From NCBI GenBank assembly GCA_051294375.1, contig CM119269.1:3792069-3856068 (forward strand): a DNA stretch of 64,000 nucleotides, given 5' to 3'. Below the pieces are notes generated by a model. The model was not told where the DNA came from, did not search any database, and saw only the letters and a program-made list of their open reading frames with translations. Origin of the DNA: Paraspadella gotoi. Lineage: Eukaryota; Animalia; Chaetognatha. This document shows, in pieces, positions 53,301 through 64,000 of the stretch. Every line of letters starts with the position of its first letter. Position 1 is the stretch's first letter. The translations under genes were made by a program, and so were the position numbers.

Positions 53301-55076
53301 ATAATCCATATATTAATTTTTTAATTATTTATTTATAACATAGGAAAGGCTAAAAATTTTTGGGATTTTTTGATTTTTAAGATCAGATTTCAGGTAGGCT
53401 TGCAAAAGTATAAGTATAATATCTTATTTTCGATATGTTTGATCATAAGTATGTGAAAAAAAATATGAAAACTATTATAATCTCATCAATCATCATTTAA
53501 TAATTTTATATTTTCTTAATTGACCAAGAAAATAAATTATTTTCAAGTTGAGTTAATTTTTATTTAAACTTTTTATTGCTCTATCAGAATCCATCCAAAA
53601 AAGTTTAAGATTAGATTAAAAAATTTTTTATCATTATATAGTAATATTGTAATTCTTTAATAGCAACATAAAGATTAAAATCGAACTATTTTTAAAAAAT
53701 TTTTTTTTACCTAAAAGTAGACTTAAGACTAAAGTTTTGACCCCCCGCCCCTATTGAATTTATTCATAGTAGATTTCTACCCAAGTCGCCTGAAAAAAAA
53801 ACTTAATTAAGAATTTTTTTTTCCAGCGACTTTTCTCGTTCTTCGTTTCGTCGATCGGTTACTTTTTTTTATTTCCGGACTCAAGACTTTCATCATTGTG
53901 GATTTCGAAAAATCGACCGTTCGATCACATTTGACAAGCCGTTGAAAATTTTCTTTTTTAGCTGTTTTGATGATGAGAATTACGAAAAAACTATTTGTTA
54001 GATGTTAAATCATAGCTTTATTTCGGGTCGTCATCGAGAGAGGTTTCGACGAAGAACTCTACGACAACCAAAACGACATCTATCGTTCGTCCATCGTGAA
54101 CAGCGGAAGAGAATGAGGGAAAAATGGGATCGAATTCGGGGCGGTACGTGATTCGAGCGCGTTGTGCGGAGAAGAGACGAACGGTGCACGTTTCGCACGC
54201 AAAATGGACTTCGTCACTCCTCAAAACGCGTCGAGTCCTTGATCGACTTCACATACCTCATATTGATTTCTCCGTCGTCCGTCGTCGTCAGATCCAGTCA
54301 TCGTCTGCATTGGCATGACTTGGTCGTCCGTCGTCGTGTTCTCGTCGTTCGTCGGCAATTGCCGTTATCATTTCTCCAAAGCTTCTTTCCCTCCGTCTGG
54401 ATTCGGTCGTTTAACGAGCGGGGAGAAGAGGTAGGAGGAAGAGAAGGGGAAAGGAGGAGAGGAGGATGGGATGTTAGGGTGGGCAAGAATTGAGGGCGGG
54501 GAGAGGCAGGATGACGCAAGTGATGGGGCGATGGAACGTGTTCCCTGACGCGCAAGGATGACGCAGGGTAGGAATGAGCTTTTGTTTATTTTGATCCTTG
54601 AATTTGAGAAAATAAACAAATTGAGCGTTCAACAATTGATGTCGTCGCCACTCATGGTACATTGGTTACGACAAACGCATGCAGGATGGACGAAGGAGTG
54701 GGATTTGGAATGGTAAGGGAAGGGCAAGATCGAGTAGGGTAGGTAAGGTCAGGGGGTGGCAATTTAAGGATGAGATGAGATTAAGCGAAGTAGAAATTTT
54801 AAGCTCTTGGGCGGAGAGACGAGGCGAAGAGCTCATTTTAATCTTTTTCGTTTTTTTTTCTTTTTGATTTATTGCGCGATTCGCGGCGTTAGCCTTTGTT
54901 TGAAAATCATCCGTGATTTTTGTGCGAATCAGCGCCTGTTGCGGTTGAGGAGAATGGATTCGAGAAGCCGTGGTTTCGGGGAAGCGGATTTAGTACGAAT
55001 TACAAGCATTAAATGTTAGTTATAATCACAGACTTGCTGGAGTTATTTTTAGCTTTCGGCGGTGTTGTATGTTGGG

Positions 55077-55118
<42 letters not shown>

Positions 55119-56941
55119 GAGATGCGAGGAGAGAGAGAAGGAGAGGAGAGAGGGAGAGAGAGAGAGAGAGAGAGATCAAATATTGGCTGTGTCCGTTTCA
55201 TGTACGAAACTAAAGACGGGCTTCAGAAATATTGTTTGTTGTTTTTTCTTCAAAGATTCGAACGATCGCGAATCATTCTTACGTTTTCCGCTCGCAATTG
55301 GTTTTTTTCTTTTGCTTTTTCTCCGTTTTCTTTCTTTCTTTTCTTTCTTCTTTCTTCTTTCTTCTTCTTTCTTTTCTTTCTTTCTTCTTTCTTTCTTTCT
55401 TTCTTTCATTTCTTTCTTTCTTTCTTTTTTTTCCTTTCTCCTCCTCTGGGTTGGCTCGCGCAGGGGAGAAGTTTTTTTGTTTAAACGAACTGGTTGAAAC
55501 TGACTAAAGTTTTAAGGCGAGATTTTTTAATTTTGGTTTTTACTGTTATGAGATCTCAGTATATTTATATTTTATATTATATTTTATTATTATCACATTT
55601 AAACTGAGCTCAATTCGAAATTTTACGAAACTGAACAAAAGGCATTTAAACGAAATGACAAGTGGTCATAAGAAACGACGAGAATATAATCATGGTTGAA
55701 CTGTTATTACGTCAAAGAGGGTCCAAATGAAACGGCACAATTCTTTTTGAAACAATTATTAGCTATGGGATTGATGGACAAGACCACAATGGCTGCAAGA
55801 CAACAATATAGATTCGACGTTTTTTTTTTGTTTAGATTTAATTTTACATTCATCTGTTCGAATTCACATTTGATTTAATCGAGATTTAAGTTCTTACACT
55901 TGGATCGCCGAAATGAAAAAGTTTTCAAGAAAGTTTCGGGCCTGAAATGATCTCTTTTTTGCTTTTAGTTTGCTTAGCCGCTTAATTTATGGTTGAAGTT
56001 TGGCAACCGGAGGCCAAATATTTGCCATGCGGTCAATCAGTCTGTATAAGTTATTAGATTCTAATCTTTGTACTAATAGAACACGCATCGTATTACCTGC
56101 CCTGATTTTATGTTTTAATTTTTCCAAATGTATTGTTTTTAGGGTTAAAATTTTAACTTTTTCTTTTTTCTTTAAAACTGAAATTATTTAAATTGTTTTC
56201 TGACACACTCTCGCTTATCAAAGTCTGACTGATCACCTACCAGGGTATTGAAGAACACTGATGTTGCTTTCAAATTTTGAAGATTTGCTGATTTCATTGG
56301 AATTGAACGCGATTTTGCAAATTGCAAGGAAAAAAAAAAAGACAAAAAGCTTTTATTGAATTATTGAAAAAAAAATTTAAAAACTTGCTGGAGGAAATGC
56401 CCGATACGAATCCCAGGCAGTAATCCGGAGAACTCTCGCGGATGTCTTGACTCTTTCAGAAACGCGGGGAGTTCGTTTTATCCAACGCGTTCCAGGTGGG
56501 GCGAACGGTTCCAAATCTGGTTCAATGTCGCACGTCGAGGACGATGAACGAACAAAGGCAAGATGTCAAGGGAGTCCTTCTATTCAATATTAGATACATG
56601 CCAGACGACAGGCAACGAAACAATGAACCAAAAAAAAAAAAAAAAATATGCATGAAAATTCAATTATCAAATAAAATTATTACGAGCAATCTATTAAATC
56701 TGAAATTTCTTCAGCTTCTTAGTATATCTCGTCGGCATGGCCTACTTTCAATCAAAATTAAAAATGTAAAATCTTCGGTTCATTATTTTAATTGAGTTAC
56801 TAATTAAAATCAGTTCAAATCCGTATCCTCTCTCTTGATTCGCTCCGTCTTTTTTCGGACTTTGACACGAAATCTATAATAGCATTTATCCCCGGATATT
56901 CTTATTAGCGTTTTTAATAAGGTCTTCGCCAGTCCGCGTCC

Positions 56942-56981
<40 letters not shown>

Positions 56982-57202
56982 CTCTCTTCTCCTCTTCCCT
57001 TCCCGCCTGAACGTTTTTTCTCTTTCGCGCTTGCGCGCGTTGCTAGGAAGTCCTCTTCCTCATATTCCTCTTCTTGCCAAGGAGCAGAAACCCCGTGCGA
57101 CGGTCGCTAAGCAGTCCATTGGTCAGTTACGTAGCTGCCATTCGTTGTTGCGCGGTTGCACGGCCGTTTCTTCGATATAGACGCGTCGCATGTTTTTCGA
57201 GA

Positions 57203-57233
<31 letters not shown>

Positions 57234-57765
57234 GAGAAGAGAGCAGAGAGAGGGAGGAGGAGGAGAAAGATGAGAGAGATGAGAGAGAGAGGAGATAAGA
57301 GAGGGAGAGAGAGAAAAAGAAGAAGAAGGAGAGAGAGATCTAAGGTGGATTGGAATAATTAGGGCGGTAAAGTTTCATGTCGGGTTTTAAGTTCATTCAT
57401 TTCCATATTCTTTATTACTTTGTAGTAAAGTTTATTATTAGGCCATGATAGAACGTTGAGGGGTATCGTGGTGCGAGTTACAAGATGGAGGGAGAAAGAT
57501 TTGGTGGTCGAGTGAAAATGAAGCCTTTGATGCATGAAGGAACTTCCTTGGTTAGATAAGTTTCTAGACGTTTCTTAAGAAGACTCGGAAAGTTCCTCTG
57601 AAAGCTTATGGGTAAATATTTTTTTCCTAGATAATGAATGAATATATATTTATATTTATAAAAAATCCCTCATACCTTAAATCATATTTAACAAAAAAAT
57701 ACTTTCAGTAACTCTAAAAAATTTGCCCGCGGAATCGCTTTGTGACTAGTTTTTCGTCCATCTCG

Positions 57766-57990
57766 TGTTTTGTTTTTTGTTTTTTGTTTTTTGTTTTGTT
57801 TACTGGCGAACGGCGTCGAGAACGACATCTTTGACCCGCGAGAGTCTCTGTAGACGTTTGATGCCGAGTCGCCGTTCCCATGGAGACCCACATCTCACAG
57901 TCCCCAACCTCACCCATTCCTACTTTAGTAGACGGGTCGGGATCGAACCCGCGATCTCGAGATCGAAGGCCTGATCACCCTGCACGTTTT
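57766..57990 (-). mobile_element. Putative tRNA-derived SINE with a (CAAAA)n tail
   Basis: On the minus strand: a Pol III B box GGTTCGATCCC (57939-57949) in a T-arm-like context, a ~140-nt body, then AAACAAAACAAAAAACAAAAAACAAAA. The A box is not clear. Confidence 0.5.
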
Positions 57991-58133
57991 GTAACATGGA
58001 GGACGCGAGGTGCCGCTGCTTGAGGGGCAGAACCGGCGGCGAGATTCGAGCGCCTTTCGAAAAACCGGTTTGTTGTTTTAGGTTCAACGAAAGCGGAGCG
58101 AGGCGAGAGGCCCAGATGGGGGTGAAAGGGGGG

Positions 58134-58515
58134 AAGAAGTAAAGAGAAGCAGGGACGAGTAATCGAGAAGAAGTAAAAGAAAGCAGGACGAGTAATGAGA
58201 AGAAGTAAAGAGAGCAGGGATGATAATGAGAAAGAAGTAAAGAGAAGCAGGGACGAGTATTGAGAAAGAAGTAAAGAGAAGCAGGACGAGTAATGAGAGA
58301 GAAGTAAGAGAAGCAGGGACGAGTAATGAGAGAGAAGTAAAGAGAAGCAGGGACGAGTAATGAGAAAGAAGTAAAGAGAAGCAGGGACGAGTAATGAGAA
58401 AGAAGTAAAGAGAAGCAGGGACGAGTAATGAGAGAGAAGTAAAGAGAAGCAGGACGAGTAGGACGAGTAATGAGAGAGAAGTAAAGAGAAACAGGGACGA
58501 GTAATGAGAAGAAGC
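58134..58515. repeat. ~34-bp minisatellite, about 11 copies (GAGAAAGAAGTAAAGAGAAGCAGGGACGAGTAAT)
   Basis: Directly visible tandem units. Confidence 0.92.
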
Positions 58516-59718
58516 GAAAATAGTAAAAGAGTCTGACGAAAGTTCGAGTTCGAAAACGGAAACCCAGTTGATGGGGAGGGGAAAATTTCGCTTTCTTTCT
58601 TTTTTAGTTATTCTCTGACTCGTGAAACCAGGATGTTTAATGGGTGAGAAGAATTTACAATTCTTCTATCTAATTCACATCTGTGTATTTTGTTTTTGTA
58701 TTAGTAGTTCGGTAAACATAAAAGGTTTTCAAGTTTAAATCATTAAATTTCAGCGTTAGGATTTATCCGTTTGACTTTCCGCTGATGATGAACTATCAAA
58801 TGTGCGTAGAATAAACAAATTATAATGATTATATTCAGCGCGACACCCGTTGCTCCTCTGTTTCCCTCGCGTCTTCCAAATTTCTCAGACGCCCTCGCGA
58901 GGCCAAGTCAAACGATACAATCTTTTTTCTCCCGAGAGACAAGAACGCGCCAACCTGGGTAACAGATGTGACCAGCGCGAGAGCGATAAGAGTACAACCG
59001 AGGGAATTACCTTCGGGCAAACGTTCTTGCCTTTGCTCGCCAGGTGGCGCAAGATGCAACCAATTAGTCGATCGAAGAATATTCCGACATATTGTTATTC
59101 ATTATCATTGCCGCAACTGTCTTTTCGAGATTAAGGTTTTTGGAGACATTGCAAGCGAAAGTACGTTCACGAAACACGAAGACAGCAGGAATATCGACCC
59201 CAGCCAATCCAGTCGGGAAACCTAATTCCGCCGAAATCACAAGAGCGGGGAAAAAAAAAAAAAAAACCCCAAAAAAATTCCCCGTCGGGAAAATGCGAAC
59301 CAGATAACAAAACTTTGTTCCCGGTTCAACTTTTTTTCTCCCAAAGGGAAAATTTCGCGTCGTTAAATTCGCCAATTTGTTTTATCGGCGTCGGGGTAAA
59401 ACCCTTTCAAAGGGCCCCTCCTAAAGCCTCCTTCGATGGCGGATCTAACGTCGAAATGATGGGAGTGGCGGGAGTACAGGAGAAAAGTGGAAAAGTATTG
59501 TCAAAGTGATGGAAACGAGAGAGTTTAAATCGGTCCTAGGTTTTGGTGGGAAAATGAAAGATGGAAATTGAGGTTGGCACCAATGAATGTTTGAGTACTA
59601 AATGCATAATAAATCGGGCTCAATGAGACTCTGAGCTCCAAATCTAAATACGTAAGTTTTTTTTTCTTTTTTTAAGAAAAATATATGGTGGACTAAAATC
59701 CACCAACCGTTCATCAAA

Positions 59719-59903
59719 GGCCATTGGTGCAGGAGGTAAGTCATTCGCTTCCCATCCCAAAGATCCGGGGTTCTAGCCCGGTAGCCGCCTAGCAGTTAAG
59801 AGGAGTGGGGCTTAACCCGCCTGTAATACGGTGTTACAGCCTGATCAGAAGCTCAGGGACTGCTTCTATTGAACGGTTCTGTCACTAATTCATATTAATT
59901 ATT
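59719..59903 (+). mobile_element. tRNA(Gly-like)-derived SINE or tRNA pseudogene; tRNA-like head at 59719-59789
   Basis: A box TGGTGCAGGAGG, anticodon-loop-like TTCCCAT, and B box GGTTCTAGCCC at tRNA spacing. The stems are degenerate. A ~100-nt body and an AT-rich tail follow. Confidence 0.55.
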
Positions 59904-61538
59904 ACTGTCTTTTCAAATACCAGTTATTTGACATATTTTGACGTTTTGCAAAAGTCACGCGATCAGTTCGAAAACTTTTATATTGGAGTGTTTTTTTTTT
60001 CCCCCTTTTTTTTTCTTTTACACGATCATATCAATCATGCATGTCGGCATAACAAAATCGACACATACTACCAAAGCCACCCGGACCCAACGAAATACAT
60101 TTCTCAGAATCATGGGACGCAAAAAATTAGTTCTTCCTCACTAATTAAACTATAAACTTCCTGATAGAGAACTAACCTCGCCAAATTCAATATTTTCATC
60201 GTCCGCCCGAAAGTCTCGCGAAACGAAAAAAAAAACAAAAACAACAACCGGAAGCTCTTAAACATCCGCGTTTCGGACCCCGGATGTAATTTGTTTCCCT
60301 CTTTTCTCGAACGGCTGTTCATTCTCCGGCCTCACGCTCCATAAAATCTTGTATTCCGGCAAAACCGACTTTTCTCTCTTTTCTTTACCTTCTTTCGCTT
60401 TTTTTTTCCTTCGGGAATTCGAGGTCTTTCTCCGCCAATGTTGTCGTTTTGTTCGTCTTCGTCGTCGCCGTCATCGTCGTCGTCGTCGCCGTCGTCACGC
60501 CAGGGGGATTTCTCTGTTATTGTTTACGTCGGTTTTGTGCTCAGAATATTTTTTTTTTGGGGGGGGGACTTGTTCCGGCCTTTCGCTTACCCCCCCTTCC
60601 CTCCGCCGACAAATCGTCAATTTTGTCGGCAAAGTTTTCTCAGAGGTCGGCTTAACGTCGGCCGTTCCCTCGCGTGAGGTTTCGAGTCAAAATCGTCGTG
60701 GACAATAAAATCACAATAGCCCGAGGGCGGAAAGGGCGAACGGTCTCACCCTCTAATTTCATTCACGGTAAATATATTTCTCTGCAGTCACATAGATTTA
60801 GCTTTCACTTCACTGACACCATACTGTTTACTGCATCAAAACATCTAACATCACATCCCACCACAGTATGATCTTGGTACATCATCATCACCTCACATCA
60901 CATCTGATCACATAACATCACATAACGTCACGTCACTCACCGCATCGAATAACATCACAGCATAGCATAAAATTGGCAAATCATTAACATATCATTGTGA
61001 AATCATGAAATAAATCTTCCGAGTGCTCAATCGACAAATAAGGGTTGAAGGGAAAAAAATTAAGTCGGCAGAATGAGGACAAGCAATTTGGATGGAAAGG
61101 AAAGAAACTGCAAGGCCTTCATTGACTGCGACCAATGTGACCATGAGCCTCGCATCAAGGGTTGTCCCTTCCGAGAAAAGAAGGAACAGAGTTCCCGTTA
61201 GATGCTGCCGAGATTGGAATTGGTTTCTGGACACCAAAAAAAAATGTATTAAGCTTGGTAGAAGTTTGAAAATTAGAAAACGAAAGCTTTCTTTTTATTT
61301 GCTGTTACAAATTTGAAACGATCCAGCTTCTTTTATTTATAGTATGATATGTATTATATTGTATTGTCTTGAATTGTATGATATAAAACTGCTACCAAAA
61401 ATTTTAAAAATTTCCGTTATAAAACAGAGTCTTGTGTCTTATGGCCGCATTTGGCAAAATGCGGAAGACGGGAGATAAAAAAAGGTTTTTTTTTCTGACT
61501 GACCGACCTCGGAATCTTTTGGCGAAAAAAATCGATCA

Positions 61539-61656
<118 letters not shown>

Positions 61657-62624
61657 CCTCGGGACTGAAACCCTTTAATTCCAGCCAACGATAATAAACG
61701 GAAATGATGAATTCTTAGATTTTTCGAGAGGCCGTTTTTCGTGACGAATTGTGAGAAAGAACCGTGTATTCGCGGATGAATCGATGACAATGAACCAAAA
61801 AAAAAAGTGTGACTTAAGTCTTAACCCAAAAAGGGTTGGACTCGGAGAGAACGATTTCGCAAGGGTGGCTACGAGAAGGAGATGGACCATCATGCAATTC
61901 CGAAGCGAATCGTCCTAAACGGGATGGCGTCCTTGCCAGACTTCAAGATTATCCTCATTCGGATAATAGATTAAAAGAAAACGTAACTAATGAGGCTTTC
62001 ACTTCTTATTTTGTTAAACGTTTTGAAATTGTCATTCTTTTCTTGAAGACTTATCTTTTCTCAATTCAAATTTAAAAAAAAAGAAGTTTTCTTCTTCGTA
62101 TATTATATTATATTTCTTTTGAATTTTGGCATTTTCTCAATAAATGCGCATCCGTAAGTGAACTCGAAATCGAAGTCACTTGATTCGCAAAGATTTTTGA
62201 GTCGAAGGCCGAAATGAATAAAAGTGATTCAACCTGTCTTCAATCGCGACTGACCTCATTCCTTCATTTTCCCCCCAACCCATTAATCTGAGGACCGACT
62301 GCATCTTCCAAACCCATTCCTCTCTTCGTCTCCCGATTTTTCCAAAATAATCATCCCACCGTCTAATAATCGCGTCAAAAAATTAACGACGTCGTCAAAA
62401 AACATCGGAGAAATAAATTAGGGTGAAAAAAATAAAAAAGAATTTTCATGACCCAAAATTTAAAAAAAAATGTACGGGGATTTCCTCTCATCAGCCAAAG
62501 GACGTGACAGAGATGATAAATTGTGTCGCGGTCCACGTCAACCTTTTCCTTTTTTTGCATTCGTTTTTAGAGCCCTTCCCTTTTACCTAGGTTTTTTTTT
62601 TCTTTTTTTTTTCCAGTGCTCATG

Positions 62625-62761
<137 letters not shown>

Positions 62762-63476
62762 CAAACACAACACGCCGTCCCGGGGAGCAGGCGCGAGCAC
62801 GAGGAGGTTGCCGTGTCTATCATAGATGGAACCTTTGGAACCATTTTTTGCCATCGCACGATTCGAGCGAAATTTTTTTTCTTTTTCAACTATGACCTTC
62901 TTTTTTTTTTTGGCCTCCTCGTCGGAGGAAAGTAAGAGAGAGAGAGAGAAAAGTCGGGATAGAGGTAAAAGGAAAAGAAAAGAAAAAAAGAAGAAAATTA
63001 ATCGAGGAAATATCGGAGAAAATGGAAATCGTCACTTAAATCCGAAGACTGAATGACTGACTGACTGACTGACAAACTGTTCGGCTTCGGCAGCAAGATC
63101 GTGATCGAAATGGAGACGAGGTCGCGTGGGGGTTGAGCTCAGAATACGACGAAGACGCCGATGACGACGACCACGATGACGATGACGACGCCGTCGACGA
63201 CTCCGAAGCGGCGCCAAAGTGATATTAATGGAGAAAACGACGCCGGAAGATAAAAACAAAGACGCCAGTTTCCAAGATGGCGGAACGGAGGACCCGAACC
63301 TTAACTCGAAAATTTGTTGCTTTTTTGTTTTGCTGTCAAAAAGTGGAAATCAGCGACGGCTTTCCCACCCTTTTCTTTTAGTTTTTTTCTTTTTTTTTTA
63401 GCCGTAGCTATGAAAAGACAAAAAACAGTTTTACTCTGCAAAATATAAGAAAATAAAAATTTCAGCTCCTTCTGTT

Positions 63477-63582
<106 letters not shown>

Positions 63583-64000
63583 GCTCATTTTTATCCCCGC
63601 TCTTTTCTTGTCTGCTCTTTTTCATTATTTTTCTACATGAAAGGAAATTAGAGAACAGGAATGACAGCTTGTACTAAACCTAAAACGCTGAAGCGACAAG
63701 CAGCATGGATAAGAGAAGGAGATAAAAAGGAGAGAGAGAGAGAAAGACAGAAAGAGAAAGAAAAGAAAAAGAAGAGGAGAGATTAACGAGCTTCAAAACA
63801 CGGGGAAAACGGCAATAAAAAATGTTTTGAAAAAAAGCTTTCCTAGTTTCTAAATGTTTTTGGCGCCGACTCGTGTACAATTTTTTTTTTCGATGACTTT
63901 TTTTTGTGCCAATGGACTATCAACTTTATTATTCATAACTTTCATACAAATAATCAAGTAATTATTTATAGAGCAGTATTTGTCCTTGGAACTAAGTTTA

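Noticed and set aside
56461-56547. Homeodomain-like peptide FYPTRSRWGERFQIWFNVARRGR*
   Set aside because: The YP-to-WF spacing is about 10 residues too short, the invariant Asn51 position is not Asn, and a stop follows immediately. Probably chance.
59719-59789. Functional tRNA gene
   Set aside because: The anticodon and acceptor stems pair poorly and no T-run terminator follows. Treated as a SINE or pseudogene.

Overview
AT-rich, microsatellite-dense genomic DNA from a eukaryote, most likely an invertebrate animal, taken from a noisy gap-filled long-read assembly. It is not prokaryotic, and most of the ORF track is translated simple repeat. The only gene readable in normal orientation is a spliced SLC18 vesicular amine transporter (VMAT-like) on +. 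It is present twice: 4 clean exons at 9-1276, and 7 indel-ridden exons at 4959-7191. It carries unusual substitutions at the TM10 and TM11 aspartates (D>E, D>N). Each of the three 25-N gaps is followed by a duplication: a 4.4-kb direct repeat, a 72-bp satellite plus a 1.1-kb direct repeat, and a ~4-kb inverted repeat. The most striking observation is the ~5.5-kb segment at 32951-38460. I could not recognise a gene on either true strand, but its complement read left-to-right WITHOUT reversal shows canonical GT-AG introns and exons with C-type-lectin-like motifs. It is mirror-image DNA, most plausibly a gap-filling software error that hides a real gene. Also present: a hAT-like MITE, two tRNA-derived SINE-like elements, several minisatellites, a G-run tract and a paired CLEAR/E-box plus ETS site. 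I found no evidence of a novel biological system; the best biological lead is the divergent SLC18 transporter.
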